A stretch of DNA of 47,168 nucleotides from Basidiobolus meristosporus CBS 931.73 (lineage: Eukaryota > Fungi > Basidiobolomycota), in the NCBI GenBank assembly GCA_002104905.1, contig MCFE01000675.1:1-47168 (forward strand), written 5' to 3'. This document shows, piece by piece, positions 23,919 to 38,204 of the stretch (positions within the stretch are counted from its first letter, which is position 1; each line of letters begins with the position of its first letter). The notes under the pieces are model-generated. The model searched no databases and was not told the DNA's origin. It saw only the letters and a list, made by a program, of their open reading frames with translations. The position numbers and the translations under genes are program-made.

Positions 23919-25531
23919 TGTGGTGGTAAGGATGCAATAAGTTCGCGATAAGGGAGGTTCAAATGGGAGGTTTGGAAAGGAAAGCAATGTTTCAGCCCGT
24001 TCATTGACCGATTCCCTCACGAACGGTGAAGTCAAGCGTTGGCCTTTTATATGGCAGCCAGAATAGCTTACAAAGATTAGATTGATCATAACACTAATCA
24101 GGGAGTCTCGAAATAGCAGTGGCTTCTATCTCAGTAAAGAGAGCAATGGTGGGGCTTTCTTCATTAAGGAATCCAAAATTCCTATAGCTGCTAACATATT
24201 TTAAATCCTAGATCTCTGTAGCCATTAATATATTCTTGTGCACCAATGTAGCTATGCATGATCACAGAATGAGAGTATCGAGGTGGTACACGAACACTTG
24301 CCATCCGGAGAGCAGTCTCCTCTGATTGGTGCGCTGGCAAGAAGGCGGGAACAATCGAAATGGAGAGCAGTAATCAGGCATCACGTTAGTGTGTATTGTG
24401 AGAATAGGAATATATATGTAAACCCCATGTGCCGGAAATATATTAGCACTGTCATAGCAGTCAAACTCCACGCATTGATACCAAACATCTTGAGGCTGCA
24501 GCCAATGGATTGCGCCGGCTTGCCCTCCACTGACGAGACTGTACATCTGAAGCCAGATTGCATCCGCCCCTCCCACTCCCGACGGCCAGTACAAGCTACT
24601 AAGAAACTGGAAGCTCTGGTCGACACCAGGTGCGCCACTACCCCTGTACCCGCGGCCCCCAAAGCTTTTGATTTTCCAGGCCAGCGGATGAGTAGGGCTG
24701 AGTTGTCATATGTCAAAAAACTGCGCATCTTTGGAAGTATCCATATTGTCTAAGGCTTTCTTAAGGAAATTCCCATATATGGTACGATGCTGGAATCTGG
24801 GGGAGATAAGGAGCTTGTCAAACGCCAGGCTTTCCACGCACCCTCTTTGTCCGAGCAAGATTGTCAATTCTGGCTGCACCACCCCATAGTCGTTCGTGAT
24901 TGATCTGCTAGATTACCCTGTGCACCTTGAGCCTATATCACTGAAAACGAATGAGCACATATTGATTGTGGTGTGATACGCGGTTACAACTGGGAATTCC
25001 TGATTACAGCTCAACGGGCCGTTTTCTCATCCTGGCTGCGTGCAGCGCACAAATTTCCTTGTGCCATGGTCGAGGGATTCATCAAGCTCCTCTACTAGTG
25101 AACCAAAGGTCAAATCTGCTCTGCACCGCCTGTTGCTGGGAGCCGATATGTACTGATGGCAGTCAACAGACTCGGTTTCAATCCCAAGTCTTCTCGCAGC
25201 GTATTTAACCCGATGTGGCTCAACCTGGATCTTGGTGACTACATCGCCCAATATTACTCATAGCGGAGGAAAAGGAAACAATTTGCGTTGATGAACATCA
25301 TGGGATCACACTCGTTTTGGGATAATCTCACTGATCAGAGGTAACATCTGGAGTGGCTAGGTGGTAGAATCCAAAGTTTAAAATTCCGGCCCATCAAATG
25401 TGATTTAGACAAGCCGTATTATTTCACTGATGGATTTTCTGACTGGCGCAGTTTTGAAAAAGGCCCATGTACCACAAAATCCATTGGATCAGCCAGCGTA
25501 TAAGGGCCTTGACATATACTTGGCACTTCGT

Positions 25532-26391
25532 ATGAGTTCTACAAACGACTTCAAGTTGTTCCTACAGAAGTATGCTTTCAAGGATGAGTCGGCAAGCATC
25601 AATGCCAATAATGCAGAAGACAAAGGGAAAGGCAGAATAGCCCAATCTCGGAATAAAAAACCCACTGAAGAAAGCCCTCCCAAAAAAGCCAGAATATCGT
25701 TCGCGCCTGCGGAGGTATATGCACATTTGAACCCTTTAGTAGACATAATTGCCGAAAACTTGGATATACTTTTCGTTGGGATTAATCCCGGGGTAAAGAG
25801 TGCCTCCAGTGGACATCATTTTGCCGGACGAAATAATGCATTCTGGCCGGGTTTATACAAATCAGGTATCTATTATAGTATTACCACCTTCATCCAACGG
25901 TGTTAAACTGGTTGCTTCAAGGATTGCTTAAAGAGCCAATGACCCCTCAAGAAGATGCAAGTTTACCAGCCAAGTACAACTACGGAATTACTAATCTAGT
26001 TCAACGACCCAGCAGAAGTAGCTCGGAACTATCGAAGGAAGAAGTGAAGGATGCGGTGCCGAGTCTATTGGAAAAAATTAAGAAATACCACCCAACAATT
26101 GTTTGTTTCATAGGAAAGGGGATCTTTGAAATCTTCGCTGGTCGGAAATGCACCAAACTGGGTTTGCAACCCGAAAAGATCCCTTGCGAGTTTCTTGATT
26201 CACACAACAGCCTGCGCACAAAAGAGATTTTTGTATTTGCCATGCCCTCCACCAGTGCCAGAACATCAACCTATCAGTTCAAAGACAAGCTAAAGTATTT
26301 CATCAAGTTAAAAGATTTACTTGATTTGGAGAATGTCCCTGGTTACCCGGAAACCATTCAAGACTCTTGTGACCAGCCAAATCTTAAGTAA
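25532..26391 (+). CDS. G/U(T) mismatch-specific DNA glycosylase (TDG/Mug/Thp1 family), 2 exons (intron 25866-25921)
   Basis: LDILFVGINPG (catalytic Asn), GHHFAGRNNAFW, YGITNLVQRPS, VCFIGKGI and FAMPSTSAR motifs. Start chosen at MSSTNDFK; an upstream ATG at 25430 is also possible. Confidence 0.93.
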
Positions 26392-26724
26392 TCTTGTATT
26401 CAGAGGCTTTAGAATTTCTTGAAAACTCTCTGACTACGCTCCAGTAATGCAAGAAGGCGCCAAGTTGACGCTTCAAAGTATACTGTACAAGTGTAGCATT
26501 GCTCTGCACAGCGATTACCGGAGGTCTCTATATTGTCAGGCTCGATGTTGTGTATTCATTCAAAAATAAATACACGTTAATAAGCTACAAATAAACACTT
26601 GATCAACCTGATTCAATCAATCAAATTCATCACCAATATATTGAGTGAGCTTCTCGAGCATTTCCTACAATCGCGAGAAAACTGGAAATCCGTATTGCTC
26701 TCCACTAGAGACCCTCCTCCCACG

Positions 26725-28635
26725 ATGAATCTTCAGCTATTAGGTATTTAGGTAATCCGATTTATTTCAAGCTCGGTTCTTGAAATATATTAATTGCTTG
26801 GAATATGTTTCCTTCATCCTTAGATCCATTTGAGAACAATTTTCCTGACATTATAGAAGAGGTATTGGAGGATGGGCCAACCCTAAATTGCACTTTTAAT
26901 GGCAATGGCTCTTTTTTGGCTGGCGGTTGCACAGATGGCCGTTGTTTGATTTGGGATTTTGAGACTCGCAGCCTTACTAGAAAGCTAGAAGGGCATGTAA
27001 AGAGCGTTTCTAGCACAAGGTAGCATCGGAGTTCTACTGAATACTTTGGCCAGTAATTGAGTGTATATGTAACATTGGCCTTCTATTTTCCAGTTGGTCT
27101 CGGAACGGAAGGTTTATATTAACTGGGTCCGAAGATGGACGGTGCATATACTGGGACTTACTTGATACAAAGATTCTACACGACATTGACTTTGGCGTAC
27201 CCGTCTTGAAAGCGTGCATTCACCCTAGAAACGAGTACCGAAAATCTTTTATCTTCTCTATTCCCCGTTAGATTGTTAATCAGCCTTATGCACAGCTCGT
27301 TGATACTGGTTTGTCTCTTTCAGAAGGCGCCAGTTTTGGTCGATCTTTCTCGCGATTTAGAGCAAGTAGCTCTACCAACCTCCATGGAGATTTCAGACGA
27401 ACAAGCTGATTCCAACAACGGGTACGCTCGCCCCGTTTCTCGAGTAAAAACACGTGAAAGCTAACGCATTTCGGACTCATAGTGTAGACTATATAACCGA
27501 GGCTACCTTCAACCGAAAGGGTGACAAAATTTTCACTGGATCATCTCGGGGGGTATTGAACATAATCGACACAGCGACCAGGAAGGTATCTCGAAATTCT
27601 GGGCTCGCAGATTAGTGCAGTATCTAATACGTGGTTTTCCGGTAGATTGTGTATTCATCGCGAGCTACTAGCAGTGGGATCAAGCACATACAACTCAGTC
27701 ACAAGGGAAAGTAGGTTGCTTCCAAACACGCCTGTTGCTGGTCAACCCTTTGAACTAATCATCTAATGTTCCCAACAGAGACTTCTTGGTGAACTCAAAC
27801 GATCGTGTTGTCAGGATGTATACCCTACAAACCGAAGAGAATCCGCAACTTGAACACAAATTCCAGGACCTAGTGAATAAAATACAGTGGAATCAGGCCT
27901 GCTTCTCCAACGACGATGACTACGTGATTGGAGGTACCGCTGATTTGGGATGTTCTCATGGATTTTACTAAAACTGGTTTCGATTTCTCACAGCCTCAGC
28001 CCACAAAGCTGAGCACAACATTTATGTCTGGGATAAGAATATGGCGAATCTTGTCAAGATACTGGAGGGGCCGAAGGAGCCTATAAGAGATCTGGCCGTA
28101 TGTATACTTACCCCTTTTGGCACGAAGAGTTGAGAAGGTAGTAACAATTAAATAGTGGCACCCCAAACGTCCAATTGTGGCGTCAGTGTCCAACTACGGT
28201 ATTGTTTACCTTTGGACAAGGAGCCCTACTGAAAGCTGGAGCGCGTTTGCACCAGACTTCAAAGAGCTAGAGGAGAACGCCGAATATGAGGAGCGGGAGG
28301 ATGAGTTTGATATAGTCAGTAGAGAAAATCGTCTTGCATGTCTAACGAAAGGAATACGGCTAACCCGTAATATCACCAATGGCATACAGATACCGGACAA
28401 CCAAAACTCCAAGCTGACTGACCTGGAGGAGAACATAGTCATCGACGTGGTAACTGTGGATAAACCCTTCAGCATTGACTCGGATAACGAGGACTTTGAA
28501 GAGATGTTTTTCATTCCTGTCCGCCCCGAAAAAGACGACGATGTGACATATTTTAGAGATGCTGATAGTGCTGCCGCACCACCAAACCCCGAAGACACGC
28601 GCAAACGAAAATCATCCGAGGATGTTTTGACGTAG
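26725..28635 (+). CDS. SWD1: COMPASS/Set1C WD40 subunit Swd1/RBBP5, multi-exon
   Basis: MNLQLL|DPFENNFPDIIEE, LVNSNDRVVRMY, KFQDLVNKIQWNQACFSNDDDYVIG, LEGPKE, WSAFAPDFKELEENAEYEEREDEFD. Confidence 0.95.
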
Positions 28636-30384
28636 TCCTGCTAGTGGCTAAGACCATCTAAATATTCAGTGACATCTCCACATGCCTCATTTTCTGTTGA
28701 ATGCATCGTTGCGCTCAGCAAGTCTTGACAATAAACCTCTATCAGCAGGACAAAAAGACGGAGACACCCTTGAAACGATTCTCAGTATTCTTCGGAAAAC
28801 AAAAATCTCGGGAAATATTGGTGACACTTGGGCAGCATATGTGCAACAGACGGTTGACTTGCCCATCAATCTACCAGATAGTGCATTCTAGCAATCCACC
28901 ACCCAAGCCCATTTTGATCCGCATGGATATCTTCCAATTTGGCTTTTGTTCCAGTCCAGAACACAATGTAATGGCACATAACACATATGTTACAATGGCG
29001 ATGCCTCTGCAAATGAAAATCGCTGCTTGTCAGTTTTGTACCGATTTACATGAATGCAGGTTTGTCTCGCACCAGGTAGAGAGGCAATGTTATACTGGGC
29101 TCAAATTCTGAGCTGTAGCATTGAGTGTTTGTACCCTCGCTAATGCTGTTACAGTGGACTCTTTCAGAATCGAGTGGTGAGGCAAGGCACGCTGCGATTG
29201 ATCCTCCACTGTAAGCCATTTTAGAATCACCCCATGTCATATTGATATGATCCCAATCAGACAATACCTGCTTTGCCTTGTTACACTTTCCAGTTTCTCC
29301 CATGACCACCCAGTTTTTCCAGGCTTCCACCGTAGTGTCGAAAATAGACATTTCCCTGGTGTACGTGTACCCTAAACTTATGTATCACCCTAGTCTTTTT
29401 AAGCGCCCCTTGGTGCGTCATATCAAAACTTTAGAGTGGTATTACCTCGGAGTAAGTTGATATAGGTAGTAAGATAAGAGTCCACTGATGGGGAAACTTC
29501 CTGAAACGTGAGCTGGGGGTGTCTCACAGACGGCCTGGAAGTGTATGGCCTGCGGGCTATCCCTCCAGCACGTCGGTTTAAAGCTATATGTGGCAATGTT
29601 CATTCAAACGTGCAATGTTATTAAGCAGATTATGCTTCATTAATCCTACTTGGTATTCCTACTGAAAAGGAACCTCCTGCCAAGATACAAGAAATGAGAA
29701 CCATACAACTAGAGGAAATGGGCTTGATTCTGTGAAAGGAATGTATATGGGATCTGGATGACACAATTGGGTTAGAACTCATGCGTCAGCGTTTTGATTC
29801 CACCAGGCATATCAATCTAGGCAGCTTCATATTAATCAACTTCATCTAATGGTCTGACAAGAGATGAGGATGTGGCCAGAAGCCCATCTATTCAATCGCA
29901 GCTCCTCTCACATTCTACTTGCTTGGTATACCCCATGGTTTTGATATAGTCTCCCCAACTTCCAATGCACATGTGGCAGGGAAACTTGGGATTGAATATC
30001 ATCCTGATGATACTGGGAACCATCATGATACTGCCACATTAATAATATAGAAGGCAGCACTTGAAGAAGTGGTATAACTACATCACGTCTCCTGATATCA
30101 TTCCTGTAGCTTTGCCAGGGCGTAACATATAGCTTTCTTTGTAATGGTTGCAGAAAGTGCTGCATCAATATTGCTTCTGCCTCCAGGTGGTCCTGATTAG
30201 CGGATATCCACAGTCAAGACAAAGAGTTCATTTATCACCTGAGGAGTCATGATTGGTGATAAAAATAGCACATATTTGATATTGATATAATGGTGCGATT
30301 CTTCAACAGCTACAACCGTCCCACCTTTCTTACAACAATAGCAGTCACTAGGAATTTCATCAGCTTGTTACCTTTTACACTATC

Positions 30385-31019
30385 ATGAATATGGATGATA
30401 CGCCACCCAACATCTCAACCAACCAAGCGTCCTACAAAACAGTCTTGGAGCAAAAGTACCAGGCCTTGTTGGACTCCACCACTCCCTTTGTGATCCAACG
30501 CTGGGGGGCATTCACAGCCCTTTTACTTGTTTTTGTGCTCCGGATCCTCATAGCCCAGGGGTGGTATATCATATGTTACGCCTTGGGCATTTACCTGCTG
30601 AACCTGTTCTTGGCCTTTTTGACACCAAGGTTTGATCCGGCTCTCGAGGAAGAGATTGAGCTGGAAGACGATGCCGACGAGGGCCCCTCGCTTCCCACAA
30701 CTGCCGAAGAGGAATTTCGGCCGTTTGTCCGCCGTCTCCCAGAGTTCAAATTTTGGTAGGGGCTATACAATATAGTGACTAAAACTGCAAGTCGAATAAC
30801 CTCCATGTTAGGTATTCCGCCACAAGGGCTACGCTCATCGCTTTGTTCTGCTCACTTTTCACCGCGCTCGATCTTCCAGTATTCTGGCCCATATTGTTAC
30901 TATACTTCATCATCCTGTTTGTTTTTACCATGAAGCGCCAAATTCAACACATGATCAAGTACAGATATCTACCATTCACCACGGGAAAGAAGCAGTATAC
31001 CAGAGCACCTGGAAACTAA
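30385..31019 (+). CDS. RER1: ER retrieval receptor Rer1, 2 exons
   Basis: QGWYIICYALGIYLLNLFLAFLTPRFDP, EEFRPFVRRLPEFKFW|YSATRA, VFWPILLLYFIILFVFTMKRQIQHMIKYRYLPF. Confidence 0.96.
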
Positions 31020-31303
31020 ACAGGCGTACTCGTATGTATCAGCCATGTAGTTGGCGTGCTTGATTTTGTGGCACCATGTCATAAATATCGGTAGTTCCAA
31101 TCAAGTTGCCCACACTACTTCCAGCCTAAGATTACCATTGATCAGTTATATCTCAGATGAACAGAGCTAGAATTGAACGCCATCATCATTATCTGTGGAA
31201 TAGTATTTATTATTCGAGGTACTGAGGTGGTTTGGATGTCGTGAGTGACGCGTTATAAATACAAGATATTGAATCCATCAAGTTGATGTCGATTGCTTAG
31301 TAT

Positions 31304-31778
31304 TTACTTGCGAAGGGTTTCGCGACCAGCCTTCTTGGTGACCTTCTTTGGCTTCTGAGCGGCGAGAATGGCCGAAAGACGACCAAGAGCAGCCTATATT
31401 TCATATTAGTTTCCAACACTTGTGTGAGGTCGTTTCAGTTGCACTCATTACCTTACGAAGGTCGGCACGATAGCCAGAGCGGGCAGTGGCATTAACAATG
31501 GCCCTGGCGGCTCTGCGGGAAGAACCGGAGATGGCGACTCTTTGAGATGATTTGGCAGGCTTACTGGCGGAAACAGCCTGCTTCTTGGTGCTGAGAACAA
31601 CACCCTTGCCGGATGGGTTAGCAGAGATTCCGAAAGCCTTGGTGTTGGCCAGGCCGGAGTACTTGAACGAGTTCAAGTTGGTGAGGTTGTTGGGCTCAGT
31701 GGTGAATTGAACGCCATTGCGCTTGACCAAGAAGCTAGAGTTATCCTTAACAAGGAGCCAGGTAAGATCAGCAGACAT
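31304..31778 (-). CDS. RPL28: 60S ribosomal protein eL28, 2 coding exons (31778-31452, 31393-31304)
   Basis: MSADLTWLLVKDNSSFLVKR…EPNNLTNLNSFKYSGL…GYRADLRK|AALGRLSAILAAQKPKK. Confidence 0.96.
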
Positions 31779-32530
31779 AGTAATATCTATTTAGTCATGT
31801 TTAGTGCGGTGCTCAATCTGAGGACAAACATCACTCATCTATCAATCAATAGCCATACGTACATACTTCAATAAAGCTGGTTTGAGAAAGAGAGAAACAA
31901 ATCCAATTTCAACTTAAAAGGGGTTCCAGGCCACCAAGGTTAGGACCCGAGTTGGCTACCAATCAAATTTCCTCCACTTCAAGATGCTCATTAAGAGTCG
32001 ATTATCCTGAGCACTACATACAGATGATCACTTGCATGTACTGATATATTTCCGACTAGAGCATCCAATTTATTTACCAACTGGTTAGCACCAACTGACT
32101 CCAAAACACAAGTGACTAGAGAAATCATCTAGGCTCTCTGATAGAACCCAGTAGCTTCAAAGATAATCGCGCTAGCTCATTGATGTCATTGAAGTTTTCT
32201 ATTGTCCGCATTATCTCGATTACCTCCAGCCCATCACGGAGATCTGAATTTGCTATATCGATGGATTCCTTGAGGTTACGAAGCTCCCGCTAGTACGCCG
32301 AAGGTCAATACCGTGGAAGCACATAGAGCATAAATAAAAAGCAAGGTATCCGAAGTAGTACCTTTTCCCGAACCAGTTGGGGTAGCTTGCGGTGAATCCT
32401 CTCGTTGGTGCGGTACATGAATACAGAGGTATCGTTGTATAGGGCGTGCATGGTGTTGGAGAAACTCGAGCTTACTACATATATTCAGAAAGCGTATCGA
32501 ATATTGAGCTGCAGTAATATAGATGATCAG

Positions 32531-32851
32531 TCAATACATGCCCGTACCTTTTCTTGCCTTGTCTTTAACAGGATTGTGTAGGCCATCGACGGAAAGATTC
32601 CTTCTGACCACTGGGGTCTTGGAAGTGTAAATGTGATTCAGGTTCGAGGTTGCAGACCAGCCATCAGCATTCTCCACGTTTGTCTGAAATGGGGTAGCTA
32701 TCACAGGCTTTGTGTCTTGTATAGAGGACAGAAGCGTGCCTGATGGGGACGGTGTATACGTAGAGAAGTTGAGTACAACTGGTGCGGGCGACCTTTTTTT
32801 TTCTTCCGGTTCAGCCTTGAGGGTCTCGTCTATATCTGACATGAGACGCAA
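32531..32851 (-). CDS. Probable exon of an unidentified gene (boundaries unresolved)
   Basis: About 105-codon S/T/P-rich open frame ending near a GT donor with a downstream CTGAT…CTGCAG acceptor. No family recognised. Confidence 0.25.
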   Translation of the reverse strand: MRLMSDIDETLKAEPEEKKRSPAPVVLNFSTYTPSPSGTLLSSIQDTKPVIATPFQTNVENADGWSATSNLNHIYTSKTPVVRRNLSVDGLHNPVKDKARKGTGMY

Positions 32852-34148
32852 ATTTCACGAAGTTTTAGCAGTACCAAGCACTCATCAAGTGTCCCATTGG
32901 ATTTTGTATGACGTTTTCGATGGGGGCAATTTGTCATTTGGGAGGGGATTTCGTCCAACTGTGGATTTCCTCCTGAATCATAGTTCCATAGGCCATGGCA
33001 ATTTCATATACGAAACAAGCAGCGCAGTTCGGAGTTGTACTTGATGTTGTACGAGATTTGAGAATGGGCTCAGAGTGAAACGGATCCCTTCTGTACTTTC
33101 AACTGTTACGGGGATTCACCGTGATGCCCTAACTGGTCACCTCTCGGAGATGGACACTGTGAATGAGTAGCAGAGCAATCAATCAGTGCCATATCCCATC
33201 CACCCGAGTCAGCATCCTTTTGATCGTTGGCCTCAGAAACAGGATCCTGGCTTCTGGGTGACTGGATCCCTCGCACCCCAGCATGGATGATCTGATCAGC
33301 AATTGAGCAATGGTAGCTATGCCATGCTGCTGTCGCAGGAAGGATGAGGCGTGAGCATGTGTGTAGTGCTATAGTGGGATCGCATGCAACTGGAGGCCAA
33401 GGGGTTAGATTGACTTCATCCTATATATAGAACTTGCATTCATGTCGAGCATCTGCCATCTGCACCATGCGCGCACCTAGAGGATGACAGATTTATCCAC
33501 AGTTGGAGGTTACAGCTACAACAGGATGAAGCCCGGTTCTCGATAAAAGCATCCCTTCGCTGCGTCTGCTTAAGCCAGCTCTACCTACCGGAAATCAATG
33601 ATTCCACCCGCGGCAACATTACAAAGCCAGAGTCGCTTATGCTCAAGAAGCTCAAAGGGTTACCTGGATGTGCCTGTCCAAATCCACGTGATGGCGTGGT
33701 GCACTTTCACCGTGACGTTACTTTTCACTGATGCAGCCGAAATCCACTCATAGTGATAATATAAAAGTTGCCATATGGGTTCACCAAATAGTGGTTAGGG
33801 ATCGTGGTGGCTAAATCTGGCCGAATAAGTAGTAAATCCTTGGCCACAACCTAGTTTTGTGACGTTGACATTTACGTCATGTGTACAACGAAATGCTTCG
33901 AAAATTAAAGAATCGAAATTGGCAGAAGGTTGGGCAGTGGTTTTCTAGATCGTTCATTAGTCAAATTGTTTAATTAAATCCAGTATATATATCGACCAGA
34001 CATCCATTTACTTTCGATCATCACCGGCTTTGTTTTTTGGGGATTTGAAGCCTCTATCTGCATTACTATTTCGTTCAGCGCGGGTATTTATCGACATTTG
34101 TTCAATTGCTACTCAATACATTCTAACACTTCTTCCCACAGTCGACCA

Positions 34149-37100
34149 ATGTCTTTTGAGGAAGCTGGAAAAAACGTGATTATAGCCTCGCTCTTCCTTC
34201 CGCAAACAGTCGCGTTCACTTGGGAAGATAAAATCATTGCGACAACGGAGAATACAGTAAAAGCGCAACATAACCATTCCAAGATACCCATAGATAGTTT
34301 TCGAAATGAACCCCAATCAAGTTTAATCGAGAGAATGATGCAGAAGAAAAAGGAGCTCACTGATCCCGCTCCTGAGAGAGATTTTCGTATACCTCGTAGT
34401 AGGAATACCTCTCCTACTCGCTCTCCTACTCCCACTCCTCCAGCTTCGGCCAAAGAAATCAAATCACCCAAAAAACACCAAAGAAGAAAGTCTGTGTCAG
34501 CCAACTCACCTGATTCCCCTTGGTCTGTAGTACCCTGTTCCGTTGGAAACATAGGCCTGCACAATGCCGTAAATTCCATCGCCGACAAATTGGGTTCTAG
34601 AACATGGGTTGGAACGCTGTCTGTTTCCACTGAAGATCTGAGTGAAAAAAACCTTCACAGCATCAAAGAAGAGTTGACGGACAAATATAATTGCCACCCA
34701 GTGTTCCTTTCTGACGCGGAGATGGACGGCCATTACAACAAATTCTGTAAACAGGTATGAACGACACGCCCAACGTGGTAACTCTGGTCCATAACACGTC
34801 ATTTACGATAATAGGTGCTCTGGCCTATGTTTCATTACATTCTGCCTGAATACCCGCAATCTCTTGGATATGAGGACGAGGCCTGGCAGCACTGTCTCTC
34901 GGTTACTAGAAAATTTGCTGATGCTGTGGTTGAAGTATATACACCTGGTGATATAAGTACGTGGCATTACATGACAACCCCGCCTGCTAGTGTGTGCTTA
35001 AACTTCCTAAAATCTAGTTTGGGTCAACGATTACCATCTGATGCTCTTACCGGCCATGTTACGTGAGAGAATTCCTGAGGCTAAAATTGGATTTTTCCTT
35101 CATATTCCATTTCCTAGTTCTGAGATATTTCGGTGTCTTCATGGTAAGTGTGCGATTCGCCAAAAAATCCCATTAAAAATGGCTAATGCTGGCGCACAAA
35201 TAGTCCGCCGTCAAATTCTGGAAGGCGTCCTGGGTGCAGACTTGGTCGGATTTCAGGTAGCAGCATGGTTGAAGCCCTTAATGCGAGATATGAATTTAAC
35301 CAAAGCGTCGACTTAGACTTACTCGTTCGCACGCCATTTTCTTGAAAACTGTAGCAGAATCCTGTCGTATGAATCTTCTCCGAAGGGAATCCAAGTGGAT
35401 GATAGATTTATTTCGGTCGGGATCTTCCCCATTGGTATTGCCAGTTCGCCAATATCTTACCGAGAGCTCTCACCTGAAGTTTTGTGCCATTATAGGGATC
35501 GATGCCAAAGCTCTCAACGAGAAGAGGTGAGCCGTGGTTCTGTATCTCGTTTCTATTCTAATGCTAACTGGTTTGAAAGAAACAACCCCGATGTCACGGA
35601 TATCGCAATCTCGTTACGAGAGAAATATGGCGATAAGAAGCTGGTGATTGGCAGAGACAAGCTTGACTATGTGAAGGGCGTACGGCAGAAAATGCTAGCA
35701 TTCGAAAAGTTTCTGAACATTTACCCTGATTGGAGAGGAAAGGTGCGTACACACGAAATTCCTTGCGATTTATCCAGTGTCTAACCACCGGGGTTTCATG
35801 CACACATGTTTGAATAGGTCAGCCTTCTGCAAGTTTCCCTACCCACTGCTGAGCACAACGAACTCCAAGGCCAAGTCTCCGATATCGCTTCTCGCATCAA
35901 TTCCAAATACGGAAGCTTGTCGTATCAGCCTGTTATATATTTGTACCAAGATATTGATTTCAGTCAATACCTCGCGCTCTTGACTGTCGCCGACGCATTC
36001 ATGATTACTTCTCTTAGAGATGGAATGAACCTTACCTCGCACGAATATGTAGTGTGCCAAGAAAAGAAGTGTAGCCCTTTAATTATTAGTGAGTTTGCTG
36101 GTACATATGGCAGCTTTGGAGCTGCTGCCATTCGCGTCAACCCATGGGACACTCGCCAGCTGGCTAGGGCTATCAACGAGTCGTTGTCTATGTCTGACGA
36201 GGAGAGAGCTTATAGATGGAAAGAATTACACGACCACGTCATAACCAATTCGGCACAGTTCTGGGCCGAAAGTTTCCTCGACGAACTTGATAAGGCTCAT
36301 GGTGAACGCCGTAGCTCGGTTCAAATCCCACACATCACACCTTTTGTCGTCAAGCCAGCTTATCAGAGTAGTCAGAAAAGAGCGTTTTTCCTCGACTACG
36401 ACGGTACGCTAGCTCCCTATGTGCGAGCTCACTCCAATCCCGCCACACTGGATAAGATCAAGAGCCTCCTTAAGATTTTAACCAGCGATCCAAGGAATAT
36501 CGTTTACATTATGAGTGGTAGAACAACCGCATCTCTTGATCAAATTTTGGGGAGCATTCCAAACTTGGGTTTCAGGTAATGTTTCCTCTCACGACCGCTG
36601 CCATCGGGTTTACTCACAATGGGGGATGTTTAGTGCCGAGAATGGTTGCTTCATTAAGCATCCACAATCCACGAAATGGGAGAGACTACTTTCAGATAAT
36701 GATTTCAGCTGGCAAGGCAAGGTTAAGGAAGTAAGGGCTTTCATTTTCAATTCGTAGGGAGATTCTCTAACCAGCTGCCCTATCTATATCAGATATTCGA
36801 ATATTATACCGAGCGTACTCCAGGTTAAAATTGGCTCAGTGATAGTCTGCGGGGGGTAATGGCTAATATTTGTGTATATCTTTTAGGTTCTTACATCGAG
36901 TCCAAAGAGATAGCTCTTGTGTGGGACTTCCGCTTAGCAGATAATCCGTCTTATGGGTATGTGCTACTTGTTCAGCATCAACGACTCGACCACAAGTTTA
37001 ATCTCTGTTAGTGCCTGGCAAGCTGCGGAATGCCAGAACCATATTCAGGATTCTCTGGGAACCGTATATCCAATCCACGTGGTGTCCATAAGCAAGAACC

Positions 37101-37425
37101 TTGAGGTGCTTTCGACTACTACACCTGACAACCCGTGTATATCTGTATATTGACTCGCTATATGCTTTAGGTGCTTCCACGATCTGTATCCAAAAAGAAC
37201 GCAGTTCAACGTGCACTGGAGGCTAACCCTGACGCAGATTTCATATTGGCAATTGGAGATGATCGTACGGATGAAGATATGTTTGAGACACTTGAGAACC
37301 TGCAAGAAGCCCAGCCAGACAAGACCATATTTACCTGCACTGTTGGTCTGAAAGCTACACAGGCTAGCTACTTTGCCAACAGTGTAGGTGCGGTCTTTTC
37401 ATTCCTATCCGGGTTGCCAGAGTAG
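34149..37425 (+). CDS. TPS2: Trehalose-6-phosphate synthase/phosphatase (GT20 + HAD; TPS2-like), many introns
   Basis: LWPMFHY, WVNDYHLMLLP, IGFFLHIPFPSSEIFR, GRDKLDYVKG, SLRDGMNL, intact HAD motifs FLDYDGTL and AIGDDRTDEDMF. Confidence 0.93.
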
Positions 37426-38204
37426 CCTTGAGCATTATAGAAATATAACTTGCATCATCACCAGTCATCAATCACTACCAATCATCGTAGCTAGTAAACA
37501 TATCAAACATCAAATAAAGTCATCATTTTGCGTACTTGTGGTAGAGAGGTGTGCTCCCTAAACGAGGCCATGACGCAACCACTACAGCTCGGCGAATGTT
37601 GCACACACATCGTTATCCTGGTAAGCAATCTGCTAATGATTGCGTTCAATGGAATTGTCCGGAATACACTATTTTACCAAGATACTAACCCAAGGATCTG
37701 AAACAAAACCAAGATGCCGTGACGCCAAATTACCACATCGTCATATCTTAGTAGATATGCGATCTCCAGCGAGAACTCTAATTTAACCAGGCCTGGTTAA
37801 TATTCCAGTCTGTTAGGTCATGAACAGTAGTAGCGCGTATTGATGAGCTGGCTTCCAGGCACAAATGAGGCCAATCAGCAGTATAGGATCCAGGATGCTG
37901 GAACTGCGCTTGGCCCGAAATGGTTATTTTCGATCAACACTTATCATTGCTAGATGTTCCCGGATGATCAATATCGGGTTAGTAATCAGCAATCCAGCCA
38001 ATTACTAATGGCAACCAGTCTTACAAATTGAGAACGAAGTAGGTCCTTTTAGAAATTGCTCGAAATCGCTGGATGGTGCCAAGTGCTAATTCCCTGGTAA
38101 ATCGATTTTCGTTAAATACACCACCGACGGTAGGAACAACTCAGTTTCATTTGCTTTTAATACAAAACAACCTAAGTTCCTTACTCGAAAAGACAAGCCA
38201 TTCC

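Noticed and set aside
24262-25260. Overlapping ORFs on both strands between the GPCR and TDG genes
   Set aside because: No recognisable motif and no consistent splice model in any frame.
25532-26391. A G:T glycosylase near CpG-eroded repeats as a linked system
   Set aside because: TDG/Thp1 is a widespread housekeeping gene, and nothing ties it to the repeats beyond proximity.
28701-29351. ORFs downstream of SWD1 (101-136 aa)
   Set aside because: Overlapping on opposite strands with in-frame stops and no family recognised.
31790-31870. Possible snoRNA in the putative RPL28 5'-UTR intron
   Set aside because: Only a partial C box, no D box, and the intron is short.
37783-37800. Perfect 18-bp palindrome TTAACCAGGCCTGGTTAA
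   Set aside because: A single occurrence; about 0.2 such palindromes are expected by chance in 47 kb, and there is no associated structure.
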